A stretch of DNA of 64,000 nt, from the IMG/VR virus record IMGVR_UViG_3300032797_000730; one strand, written 5' to 3'. The position numbers and the translations under genes are program-made. Numbering within the stretch: position 1 is the first letter of the stretch; every line of letters begins with the position of its first letter. The stretch comes from an uncultured virus (IMG/VR IMGVR_UViG_3300032797_000730) (Duplodnaviria; Heunggongvirae; Uroviricota; Caudoviricetes). The notes under the pieces were generated by a model, which did no database searches, was not told where the DNA came from, and saw nothing but the letters and a program-made list of their open reading frames with translations. Below, piece after piece: positions 9,376-17,850 of this stretch.

Positions 9376-9767
9376 AGGTTGATCTTCCCCTCGTTCATGT
9401 TCTTGAGGATCTGTGCCACGTCAGAGAACGAGTACGCCGCGTGATAGAGATACACGAGATGGCCGAACGCGCCGAGCGTGTCTGGCCCCTGCGTGCGGTC
9501 CATGAGCACGATGATCTTCCTGCCAAGGGCGATGGCCATGCCAAACTCGGTGTACTTCCCCTTGGAGGGGGTGGCGGGGTCGATCATGACGAACACCTCG
9601 CATTCCCTCACGCCGCCGAGATCCTGGCTGGCATACTCGCTGGCGTCGTCACTCTTCTCATGCTTGGTCCAGTCGCAGCACATGTAATGGCCGCGCGCCC
9701 TGAGATAGTCCATGAGCTCGGTGGCGAACACACGATACTCCCACGTGCCTGCAACATACACCTTCAT
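9372..9767 (-). CDS. nucleoside 2-deoxyribosyltransferase / nucleotide N-glycosidase family protein
   Basis: KVYVAG...DLGGVRECE...SKGKYTEFGMAIALG with catalytic Glu. Confidence 0.85.
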   Translation of the reverse strand: MKVYVAGTWEYRVFATELMDYLRARGHYMCCDWTKHEKSDDASEYASQDLGGVRECEVFVMIDPATPSKGKYTEFGMAIALGRKIIVLMDRTQGPDTLGAFGHLVYLYHAAYSFSDVAQILKNMNEGKINL

Positions 9768-9932
9768 TCAGAACACCCCCAGGTACTTGCCAGTATCGCC
9801 CGTGTTGGAGGGGCAGTCCTCGTTGTCGCAATACTCTTCAACGGGGATGTCCTCGCCGATGTGCTCGGCCTCAGGGCCCCTTCTTGTTTTCAACTGGTTC
9901 CCGCATAGCGGGCACCTGTGGCTTTGGCTCGT
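9768..9932 (-). CDS. zinc-ribbon protein with apparent ACG start (not in ORF track)
   Basis: (M)SQSHRCPLCGNQL...YCDNEDCPSN...LGVF; stop abuts NDT ATG; no ATG/GTG/TTG upstream of the first CxxC. Confidence 0.6.
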   Translation of the reverse strand, partial: TSQSHRCPLCGNQLKTRRGPEAEHIGEDIPVEEYCDNEDCPSNTGDTGKYLGVF

Positions 9933-10335
9933 TCAACGTCGCCTCCTTTTTTATCATAATGGGTTTCTGTGGTACTGGCTTCACGGGGATGTTATCCATT
10001 TCGCCCCTTAACTCGGGGTATCTATCCTGGAGAACTAGCGTGAGATCCCTGGTCAACTTGTCCATCACCAGGTTGATGCACTTCCCCGCAATGTTCATGT
10101 CCTCGCCTCCCATCCTCAAGGAGGCGAGCTCGGCCTGCTTCTCCCTTATCTCGGGCGCGTCGGGGTTCTTGGGGTTCTTGAGCTCGTTGAAAAGCTCGAG
10201 CGCCCGCTTGCTGTTGGCGCCCATGATGGACGTGATCTGCCCGAGCACGAGTGACAAGGGCAGGATGTCCGTCTTCGCGTTGATGTAGTCCAACTTTTTA
10301 TTCATTTCGTTTAACTTGTGTATCAAGTCTTTCAA
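9871..10335 (-). CDS. hypothetical helical protein
   Basis: 154 aa, TTG start overlapping ArsR stop. Confidence 0.7.
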   Translation of the reverse strand: MKDLIHKLNEMNKKLDYINAKTDILPLSLVLGQITSIMGANSKRALELFNELKNPKNPDAPEIREKQAELASLRMGGEDMNIAGKCINLVMDKLTRDLTLVLQDRYPELRGEMDNIPVKPVPQKPIMIKKEATLNEPKPQVPAMREPVENKKGP

Positions 10336-10631
10336 GAGGTTTTGGCTCGTTTCTCGCTCACCTTTTCAAGGTCTATGGTTATCGATTTATGTTTCAACTT
10401 TATCATTGTTTTCCCGCCGGTGCCGTCCGTGAAGTAGTATTCCTCGACGAGGCCCGCCTCTTGTAAATCTTTCAGGTAGGCCCACGCCGTGCTCCATGCC
10501 ACGTCCAGCGTCTCCGCTATCTTTCCCTTTGGCAAGGGGGACTTGGCGAGCGCCAGGAGCATCCGGATCTTCGTGTTGTTGGCCAGCACCCGCCCTATCT
10601 CTCTCGCCTGCGCTTCAGTGATTACCTCCAT
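10332..10631 (-). CDS. ArsR-family winged-helix transcriptional regulator
   Basis: VLANNTKIRMLLAL...IAETLDVAWSTAWAYLKDLQEAGLV. Confidence 0.85.
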   Translation of the reverse strand: MEVITEAQAREIGRVLANNTKIRMLLALAKSPLPKGKIAETLDVAWSTAWAYLKDLQEAGLVEEYYFTDGTGGKTMIKLKHKSITIDLEKVSEKRAKTS

Positions 10632-11604
10632 CGGCTATCGCCGCCAGCAGGTATCCTACATGCACGTCCTTTATCCCGCCCGACCGGATGCGGTCGTCCG
10701 CCTCGGAGAAAGCGCGGGCTGCTGGAAACGCCAGCGGGCCCATCGCCGCGTGGAGCTGCTCGATGAAGTCACGAACATCGAACTGGAGACGGGCGTGCTC
10801 CTTCTCGAAGAAGGTTCGGGCCGCGTTATACTTTACCATCGCTGGCTTGTCCGTGGTGATCGGCCACTGTAGTATGTCCTTCACGTTCTCCACGATGCTG
10901 CTGATGTCGTCGCCAAAGTCCAGGTCCGCCATCGTGACGGGATGGTCGATGCCCCTGAGTTTTTCTAGGCAGTCGTTGATGGCGCGCCGCAAGTCCCCGT
11001 GGTAGAACTTCACGATGGCGTCGAGCACGGGGCATCTCTCGCCTTTCATGCCAAGGATGATGCCCTCCTTGTTGGCGATTTCCCATATTTTCCCACCCAT
11101 CCACTCGTCGGGGATGGCCTGGAACCGGAACGTGGCAGCCCTGCTGAGCATGGCCTCGATGTAGTCGGCCCGGTTACCACTCATAAAGAAGCGGCACCGG
11201 TCCTCGTACTTCTCGACCGTGTTACGCATGGCGTGTTGTGCGTCGCCCGTCACGTGGTCGGCCTCGTCCAGGAAACAGATGCGGAACGGCACGTCCCACG
11301 CGGGCCCGGCGCTGGCGAACTCCTTTATCTCGCCGCGCACCACGTCGATGCCCCTTTCATCCGAGGCGTTGAACTCCTTGAAGTCGGGGTGCTTCTCGTT
11401 CCACACGTCAAAGCCGTTGAACATGGCAGAAGCCATGCCCTTGGCCCACGTTGTTTTACCGCATCCAGGAGGCCCGACAAGGATGACGTGAGGCATGTCC
11501 TTGTTGGCTACCCATCGCTTGGAGACGGCTATGATCTTGTCCTGGCCGATGATCTGGTCAAGGGCATTGGGCCCCTGCGGCCGGTACTTGTCCACGAGCA
11601 TCAT
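10615..11604 (-). CDS. rfcS: replication factor C small subunit (clamp loader)
   Basis: LVDKYRP, GPPGCGKTT, EFNASDERGIDVVR, LDEADH, GDLRRAIN; true start ~11604. Confidence 0.95.
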   Translation of the reverse strand: MMLVDKYRPQGPNALDQIIGQDKIIAVSKRWVANKDMPHVILVGPPGCGKTTWAKGMASAMFNGFDVWNEKHPDFKEFNASDERGIDVVRGEIKEFASAGPAWDVPFRICFLDEADHVTGDAQHAMRNTVEKYEDRCRFFMSGNRADYIEAMLSRAATFRFQAIPDEWMGGKIWEIANKEGIILGMKGERCPVLDAIVKFYHGDLRRAINDCLEKLRGIDHPVTMADLDFGDDISSIVENVKDILQWPITTDKPAMVKYNAARTFFEKEHARLQFDVRDFIEQLHAAMGPLAFPAARAFSEADDRIRSGGIKDVHVGYLLAAIADGGNH

Positions 11605-11609
11605 GGCGA

Positions 11610-11948
11610 TCACGGCGTGATCGGGAGCCTGGCCTCCTTGTTGCCAGCGGTCGGCCCGATGAGGTCCTCGATCTTCGGGATTGCCGGGGACGAGGAGACT
11701 TCCCGCGCCAAGAAGATGCCGTAGATGATGTTGCTGCGGTTGTTGTACTCGTTCTTGTGAACATAGCACAGCTTCCAGCCATCCTTGCCAAGCCGGTTGA
11801 GGGCGTGCTCTATCATCATGCCCATCATCACCGTCCCGTCCATGGCACGGAGCTTCCCTTCGGCCTTGAGCTTGCTGTGCACCGCGTATTCCTCGGCGCA
11901 CATCTCCGACCAGTCCTTGTATCGCTTGTACTCTATCTGGTTTGCCAT
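11610..11948 (-). CDS. DUF4177-like hypothetical protein
   Basis: EYK...ALNRLGKDGWKLCYV pattern; starts MAN. Confidence 0.65.
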   Translation of the reverse strand: MANQIEYKRYKDWSEMCAEEYAVHSKLKAEGKLRAMDGTVMMGMMIEHALNRLGKDGWKLCYVHKNEYNNRSNIIYGIFLAREVSSSPAIPKIEDLIGPTAGNKEARLPITP

Positions 11949-11960
11949 TCAAAAATCACC
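11940..11960 (-). repeat. junction repeat B, copy 1 (GGTGATTTTTGAATGGCAAAC)
   Basis: Identical 21-mer at 25871-25891 on the + strand. Confidence 0.9.
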
Positions 11961-13028
11961 GTTCGTATCTGCTACGGTAGCAGTCTTTTCTTTTTTCTTG
12001 ATGATTACCTTGGTAACGCCGTCATCCACGACCTTGGCCTTCTTTGGCTTCTTCTCGGCCGCGAAGAGCTGTGCTGGAAAATCCAGCTTCACGCGGCGAT
12101 TAAAGCAGGGAAGGGCCGCCATCATGGAGGCGACATATGCTTGCTTGGTACGGCGTACCCATGAATCGACGGTGCTCAGCCCGTCGAGCATCGACAAGAG
12201 CGCCCCCATCGAGGGGGCCAGCCTGGCGGCGCTCCCGTCCACCCAATTAATTGCCCAAGATAAAGGGTCAGACGGGTGTTGGAGTGCAGCCAGTCGCCTC
12301 GCAGGATCCCGCTCGCCCACGATGACGCCTGCAATCCCCTCGGCCGAATACTCCTTCTCGGGCACGCGTTCGTCTCGAACGTCGTAGAGGATGCGGCGCA
12401 TTACTTCCCGGAAGTCGGGGGAATATATCTTCTCGGCATCGAGCGAGAGGTGCGGGAACTTCTTGTCGAGGAATACCTGGAGGTCTTTCAACTTGGGGGG
12501 GAACATCCGCATGACCGTGCATTGCTTCTTCACCGACTCTGGCACGCGGTCTATCTCGTTGCAGGTCATCACGATGGGGACCACGGCGTCCTCCAGGATA
12601 GAGTTGAAGGCGGCGTGCGAGCGCCAATAGAAGTTGTCGACCTCCTCGAATAGAAAGCAGGTGTTGGATTGAGTCGCGTGCCCGCCGAAGAGCTTCGAGT
12701 TGAGAAGCTCGGGCGTGCGGAACTCGGAAATGTTTATCTCGTTAAGGTTCTTGCCCGCGTCGTGGATGGCCTTGCGGGCGGAGATGGACTTGCCACATCC
12801 TGGCGGGCCGTGGATGATGACCTTCTCGCCAGCCAGGATGAGGGCCTTGAGCTTGGTAATCTCGTCGCCATGGCCAACGACAAACAGGGTGTCGGGCATC
12901 TCGTAGCTAGTGTAGGACTTGTACACGCCAGGCATCTCCCGGATCGGGATGCCCGTGGTCTGGGATATCTCCTCCAGGGTGAACCGGTTGGCCATGACAA
13001 GTTTTTTCAACATTTTCGCCGGGTCCAT
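11949..13028 (-). CDS. rfcL: replication factor C large subunit-like AAA+ ATPase
   Basis: GPPGCGKS, EINISEFRT, FEEVD, PIVMTCNE; Lys-rich tail ending ADTNGDF; near rfcS. Confidence 0.85.
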   Translation of the reverse strand: MDPAKMLKKLVMANRFTLEEISQTTGIPIREMPGVYKSYTSYEMPDTLFVVGHGDEITKLKALILAGEKVIIHGPPGCGKSISARKAIHDAGKNLNEINISEFRTPELLNSKLFGGHATQSNTCFLFEEVDNFYWRSHAAFNSILEDAVVPIVMTCNEIDRVPESVKKQCTVMRMFPPKLKDLQVFLDKKFPHLSLDAEKIYSPDFREVMRRILYDVRDERVPEKEYSAEGIAGVIVGERDPARRLAALQHPSDPLSWAINWVDGSAARLAPSMGALLSMLDGLSTVDSWVRRTKQAYVASMMAALPCFNRRVKLDFPAQLFAAEKKPKKAKVVDDGVTKVIIKKKEKTATVADTNGDF

Positions 13029-13049
13029 GAATTTGTAGAACTCGGCGAC

Positions 13050-13100
13050 TGTATTTATATTCTCGTGCCGGGAATTCCCGGCACAAAAAGGTTTAAATAA
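13050..13100. promoter_or_regulatory. divergent archaeal promoters
   Basis: + strand AAAAAGG-TTTAAATA (13085-13099); - strand TATAAATA ~25 nt before rfcL ATG; lies between divergent operons. Confidence 0.7.
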
Positions 13101-13168
13101 GGCAGCCGTTTCAAGGACGTGCCGAAAAGTTGATTTGTAACATTTTAAAACAACACAGGGTAAATAAC

Positions 13169-14875
13169 ATGGCGGTAGCAAAACGAGAACTCACGGAGAA
13201 AGAGTGGGCTGCGGAAGCAGCCTGGATAAAGAAGCTGGCCGAGTCGGCAGATGTCGAGCCAGAGGAAGTGAAAGGGAAGATAGCCGAGCGATTCGCCGAG
13301 TACGCGGACTTGAAGGAGCTCAAGGGCAAACCGGCGTCGTTCATCCTGCAGAGGGTGCGTAACCGGGTAACAGGAGACTTCAAAGGGCTTGCGAACCTCG
13401 ACACCTTCCACGGGTACATCGACGGGCCGAGCGGGCTGGAAAGGGACTGGAACGCCTCCAAGATGGCGGAGATACAGGACACGGCCAAGACACCGGATGC
13501 GGTGTTGGCCATGGCCAAGCCAACCATGGAGGAGAAGGTGATCGAAGGGAAGGCTACCAAGGTAGAGGTGCCTTCCAAGATCATCACCGTGACGGAGATC
13601 ATCGACGGGAAGCCAGTCGAGAAGCCGGTGCGGAAGCTGTTGAGGCCGATGCACAAGGACAAGGACGGCACGTGGCACGTCGTCCACGAGGTGAAAGAGG
13701 GCGGCAAGATGTTAAAGGCCTACGAGCTGTGGGAGAAGGCAGGCGATCCTGTTGTCCCGAGGGACACGTCAGAGTTCCTTGGTGACGGCAAGACCGAGAA
13801 TTTCAACTTCGGTGGCGAGCTCAAGCCTAACTGGGGCGTTAACCTCTCAGCAACATTCTTCTTGAGAAAGGAGGCCAACGAGTACTGCCCGAGGCGTGCC
13901 AATATCCAGGTCTATGGGGAGCTGGCGGACCCTGCTAACAAGGACAACATCGTGAAGGACCTTGAAGCGAGGGGGCTGTTCGGCGTGCCGGTGATGTTCA
14001 AGGGCGCGCTCAACACGGACAAGACCACGGAGGGACAGTTCCTCATCAGCGTGCGCCGCAAGTACGTGTGCCAGCCCCTGAAGGACGTGCCCGAGGGGAT
14101 GACTCTCGGGGCGAGCATCGATGCCTGGACCGGGCAGCCAGAATATTCGGGAGACCCGTTCGATGCATTCGAGGGCGGGGTGCCTGGGAAGCTTGTCAAG
14201 GGCGGTGACAGCCTTTTAGGAGAGTCCTTCGACAAGGGGATGCGTGCGGTGTACAAGGTAGGCACCACGGAGCGCGTGGATATGCTCTTCATGAAGGCGG
14301 AGGAAGCAAACGAGAAGGCTAAGAAGGCCGGGAAGGCGCCGCCGTATGCCATCAAGCTATTACCTTTCGCGACGGTAACGATGGGCACGCTGCGCGAGTG
14401 GCACGAGAAGTTCCAGATGACCACCAACGACTTCAAGGTCATCAAGCGAAAGACCGCCGACGAGTCCGGGGACTTCCAGGTAAAGAACAGGGCGAGATAT
14501 GCGGTCCTGGAATGCTCTGGGCAGCCTGCAGAAGCGCCTGCGGAGGGACAGTCGATACGGCTCGTTATCATGGACAGCGCCGACCCGGACACGAAGATGT
14601 CGGTGTTCCTGCCGAGGCACATTACGAGCGTCGGGTTCACTGGGCTGGCGGACCTCAAGCTCGTCATGCAGACCCGCAAGAAGGATACCTACTGGGACAA
14701 GGAAGCGAACGATAACCTGGAGGATGGTGATGGCCGGTTCGGCGACATACAACTGGACGTGGCGGCCATGATGGTGACGTTCGTGCACCCCGAGGAGGAG
14801 AATGACGTGCCTGGCACCGGCGGGATCGAGAAGAAGGTCAACGTGCCAGCGCCCGCGGAGAGGCCTGATGTCTGA
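13169..14875 (+). CDS. large hypothetical replication protein (possible ssDNA-binding/OB-fold)
   Basis: 568 aa, beta-rich, acidic C-terminal region, first gene of operon with ATPase and clamp; function inferred from context only. Confidence 0.6.
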   Translation: MAVAKRELTEKEWAAEAAWIKKLAESADVEPEEVKGKIAERFAEYADLKELKGKPASFILQRVRNRVTGDFKGLANLDTFHGYIDGPSGLERDWNASKMAEIQDTAKTPDAVLAMAKPTMEEKVIEGKATKVEVPSKIITVTEIIDGKPVEKPVRKLLRPMHKDKDGTWHVVHEVKEGGKMLKAYELWEKAGDPVVPRDTSEFLGDGKTENFNFGGELKPNWGVNLSATFFLRKEANEYCPRRANIQVYGELADPANKDNIVKDLEARGLFGVPVMFKGALNTDKTTEGQFLISVRRKYVCQPLKDVPEGMTLGASIDAWTGQPEYSGDPFDAFEGGVPGKLVKGGDSLLGESFDKGMRAVYKVGTTERVDMLFMKAEEANEKAKKAGKAPPYAIKLLPFATVTMGTLREWHEKFQMTTNDFKVIKRKTADESGDFQVKNRARYAVLECSGQPAEAPAEGQSIRLVIMDSADPDTKMSVFLPRHITSVGFTGLADLKLVMQTRKKDTYWDKEANDNLEDGDGRFGDIQLDVAAMMVTFVHPEEENDVPGTGGIEKKVNVPAPAERPDV

Positions 14876-16074
14876 TGATGCCATCGCCCCACACGGCGAC
14901 CAAGACATTCGTGGAGAAGCAGCCTTCCCCTGATTCTCCAGAGGCGGACGCGGAGACCAAGGCCCGCGTGGAGCAGGCCCGGAAAAACGCGGACATGGCA
15001 TTCTCCGAGGAGTACAAGCCAGGCTCTGGTTCCACGGGCCTGATCATTGCCGACATTGCCCTGGGGAAGGGGCACAAGACCACCTTCGCCTGGCAGTGGG
15101 CTTTTTTTAATTCCAAGTTCAAGTCCTTCATGGGGCCGCAGTGCCAGAGGATCATCACCACGGGACGATTGCCCGAGATAGAGAACATCGCTGTCGTGGA
15201 CACCGAGGAGACTGTCAAGAGGGACATGGATCACGGGTACCTGGGAGAGATAATGAAGCCCGTGATCGAGATAAGCAAGATACACATCGAGCCCGTGCCC
15301 CTGCTACGCAGCAGGGAGAAGATGAAGGATGGCGTCATCGTGAAGCTTGAAAAGGAATACGATGCCGACAAGATGCGGGACAACTTCGAGGCGGCCATCT
15401 GGGCTGCCGCTGAGAGGTTCAAGGGGAACACCCTTCTCATCGTGGATTCCATGAGTGATTATCGTGACATGATAACCGACGAGCAGGACACAATGGGCGG
15501 GAAAACCGTCATCAAGAAGTACGGGAGGAAGGCCGATGAGGAGGACGACGAGGAGACCAACACCGACCGCAGGTTCTACCGGTATCGCAACAAGTGGTGG
15601 ACCAACGTGCTGATGAAACTCAGGTCCACGTCGTGCTGGGTCGTCGAGACCTTCAAGCTGGAGACACGAGAGCCCGAGTGGCAATGGAAGGATGTCAAGA
15701 CGCGCGTGGGAACGGACAAGCTCAAGAAGGAGAGCTATGTCTACCATTCCATCAAACTGCCAGAGAACTATCCAGTGATGGTTGGAAAGACCGACTATCG
15801 TATCGACCAGGGTTACACGCTGCGCCAGATACTGGATGTCCAGACGGGCACCATGAAGGACTGCGTCCGCACGGACTGGTATCGCCACCCGCACAGCACG
15901 ATGCAGTACCTCAAGCTGCCTCAGGACCAGAGAGATACATGGGAATCCAAGTGCCTGCTCGACTTCCCGCAGTTCGATAGAATGGCATGCATGTATCTCA
16001 TAGAGGACATGGCGGCTGCACTACTTCAAGAGAGTGGCAAGACGAGTTGGGGCAAATATGGCAAGGAAAAATGA
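14875..16074 (+). CDS. RecA/Sak4-like P-loop NTPase
   Basis: Variant Walker A LGKGHKTT, IAVVDTE, Walker B LLIVDSMSD. Confidence 0.7.
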   Translation: MMPSPHTATKTFVEKQPSPDSPEADAETKARVEQARKNADMAFSEEYKPGSGSTGLIIADIALGKGHKTTFAWQWAFFNSKFKSFMGPQCQRIITTGRLPEIENIAVVDTEETVKRDMDHGYLGEIMKPVIEISKIHIEPVPLLRSREKMKDGVIVKLEKEYDADKMRDNFEAAIWAAAERFKGNTLLIVDSMSDYRDMITDEQDTMGGKTVIKKYGRKADEEDDEETNTDRRFYRYRNKWWTNVLMKLRSTSCWVVETFKLETREPEWQWKDVKTRVGTDKLKKESYVYHSIKLPENYPVMVGKTDYRIDQGYTLRQILDVQTGTMKDCVRTDWYRHPHSTMQYLKLPQDQRDTWESKCLLDFPQFDRMACMYLIEDMAAALLQESGKTSWGKYGKEK

Positions 16075-17071
16075 GGTGAAACCAGTGGCTGACAAGAAAG
16101 ACAAGCCGGTGGAGTTCGAGGTCAACCGAGAGGCGTTTCGCCAGTTCGTGGAGAACGTGCAGTGCAAGGGCATCTCGGACGTGAGCGAGAAGGAGAAGGT
16201 GACCCAGGGCGAGCTGTTCGAGAACTGCCTCCTCGAGGCGGTGAAGGGCAAAGGGATCGTCGTGAAGGCCACCGACACGAGCATCAACAAGGTGATCGGC
16301 CAGCACCTCCTCAGGGAGGGCGAGAGCCTCAAGGTAGTTACCGAGGGAGAGGTACCGGTTACCAACATCAAGAACCTGCTCATCGCGATTGGCAGGACGG
16401 GCGGCGACAAGAAGGGGAGATGCATGCAGGTACTCTATCCAGATCCAGACGAAGCCAACAAGATACGCCTCACCAGGATAGGGACGGAGACAGCGTTCTC
16501 CTTCACGACGAGCGGGCGTGGCGACATCACGTCCCTCAAGGACACGAGCGACATCCGCCACCGATGGGACGCAAAGTTAGGCTGCGTCATCTCCACGTCC
16601 ACCAAGACCAAGACGGAGATACCATGGACGCACAAGATCATCGTGGTGCCAGCGGCCCTTCGTGAGCTGGCCAAGGACGTTTCCAGCTTCGTCAAGCAGC
16701 GCGTCGCGAGGATGTCCATGGCTGGCCAGAAGTGCACGTTCCTCTTGGGTGAGGCGACCGCGTCGAAGAAGGGGGGCCGCGAGCTCACGCCCATCACGCG
16801 GAAGGTGATCGATGCCGAGATAGCCGAACCAGACAAGGACGGGTGGAAGCACGTGGCCAAGACGACGTGGAAGGAGGCTGGAGATGACGCCGAGAAGGTC
16901 GAGGCCAAGTACTACCACGGGTTCTACGCGGTGATACAGTCGCTCGAGGATTCCCTCCAGACCGAGCTGCACTGGGGCAAGATACCTGGCCTGGGGGACA
17001 GCTGGTATTGCTGGGTGCACGCGGAGAACGCCCTCATGGAACTGAACTACATGGTACCGTACGACAAGTAG
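16058..17071 (+). CDS. probable DNA sliding clamp (divergent PCNA/beta-clamp-like)
   Basis: FEVNREAFRQFV...LLEA..GIVVKATD...GEVPV.NIKNLL resembles the clamp fold, repeated; RFC and PolB present. Confidence 0.6.
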   Translation: MARKNEVKPVADKKDKPVEFEVNREAFRQFVENVQCKGISDVSEKEKVTQGELFENCLLEAVKGKGIVVKATDTSINKVIGQHLLREGESLKVVTEGEVPVTNIKNLLIAIGRTGGDKKGRCMQVLYPDPDEANKIRLTRIGTETAFSFTTSGRGDITSLKDTSDIRHRWDAKLGCVISTSTKTKTEIPWTHKIIVVPAALRELAKDVSSFVKQRVARMSMAGQKCTFLLGEATASKKGGRELTPITRKVIDAEIAEPDKDGWKHVAKTTWKEAGDDAEKVEAKYYHGFYAVIQSLEDSLQTELHWGKIPGLGDSWYCWVHAENALMELNYMVPYDK

Positions 17072-17080
17072 GTGGATGAC

Positions 17081-17296
17081 ATGGCGACGGCGCTGATAGC
17101 CGCGGTGATGGACCGGCTCAAGGACAAGAAGACGGGGGATATCATCGAGATGTGTGACAACTACGAGCGGTTCAAGGAGTTCGTGCAGACGATGCACCAC
17201 CTCATGGCAACCGGCCATGCCGAGATGGACGACGACGAGTTCACGGTGGCTGTAGGGAATGCCCTTAAAAAGGCCGACCCGGACTATTACAAGTAG
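17081..17296 (+). CDS. hypothetical protein
   Basis: 71 aa after SD GGTGG. Confidence 0.7.
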   Translation: MATALIAAVMDRLKDKKTGDIIEMCDNYERFKEFVQTMHHLMATGHAEMDDDEFTVAVGNALKKADPDYYK

Positions 17297-17319
17297 GTAA
17301 AACACGCACGCGGAGGCCC

Positions 17320-17469
17320 TGGCGGCCGGGCAATAGACCGCCAAAAACCAAGGCTGCCGGGCGGGAGAAAGGTTCCCGTCCAGAGGCGGTGGTGTCCTCA
17401 CGCTCAACGCCTGTGCGAGGGCGCGCGGAGAAGGCCATCGTCGCAGGGGCTCGCACAGCTCCTGGCAGC
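17320..17469 (+). ncRNA. unassigned highly structured RNA-like element
   Basis: TGGCGG/CCGCCA hairpin; closing stem GCTGCC(17353)/GGCAGC(17464-17469) enclosing GGGCGGGA/TCCCGTCC, GAGG/CCTC and CTGTGCGAG/CTCGCACAG; no credible ORF. Confidence 0.5.
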
Positions 17470-17478
17470 TATAACCCT

Positions 17479-17574
17479 GCGAGGGTAGCTCAGAAGCAGA
17501 GCACCGGGACACCAGCTTGAAGCCAGTGGCTGCATACCCGGCACGCGGAGGTGCGAGTCCTCCCCCTTGCTCCA
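17479..17574 (+). tRNA. tRNA with 21-nt anticodon-arm insertion, probably tRNA-Cys(GCA)
   Basis: Acceptor GCGAGGG/CCCTTGC, U73, encoded CCA; D stem GCTC/GAGC; AC stem CCGGG/CCCGG; T stem GGAGG/CCTCC; removing the insert leaves loop CT-GCA-TA. Confidence 0.65.
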
Positions 17575-17592
17575 AACAACGAGGCAAACAAT

Positions 17593-17850
17593 ATGACAAA
17601 GATCATCAACGCGGAACACTCGCCGAACATCAACGGCAAGGGCACCTGGTACGTCCTCATCGAGGTGGAGCGGTGCACCGAGAAGCACCCCGATCCATGG
17701 GACATCCATACGAAGCCATGCCAGAAGTGCGGAGGATACAGGGGGCATGGGGACAGGATAGAAACGTACAACGGTTTTGCAACGTTACAGGAATTGAAGG
17801 AATGGATAGATAGCAGGGTAGAACAGCATGGTAGTTCGCCGGACTCATAA
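17593..17850 (+). CDS. hypothetical protein overlapping tRNA-Met exon 1
   Basis: 85 aa with PCQKCGG, typical codons; TAA stop lies in the tRNA anticodon loop. Confidence 0.6.
   Translation: MTKIINAEHSPNINGKGTWYVLIEVERCTEKHPDPWDIHTKPCQKCGGYRGHGDRIETYNGFATLQELKEWIDSRVEQHGSSPDS

Noticed and set aside
9946..9952. A-AAA-AAG slippery site as the route into the startless Zn-ribbon ORF
   Set aside because: A -1 shift enters a different frame that stops after ~20 codons, and the Zn-ribbon frame has a TGA just before ACG
11605..11952. 115-aa N-terminal extension of RFC small subunit in the ORF track (similar extensions at 13029-13181 and 61286-61585)
   Set aside because: These overlap better-supported genes or promoters; conserved motifs begin at downstream starts
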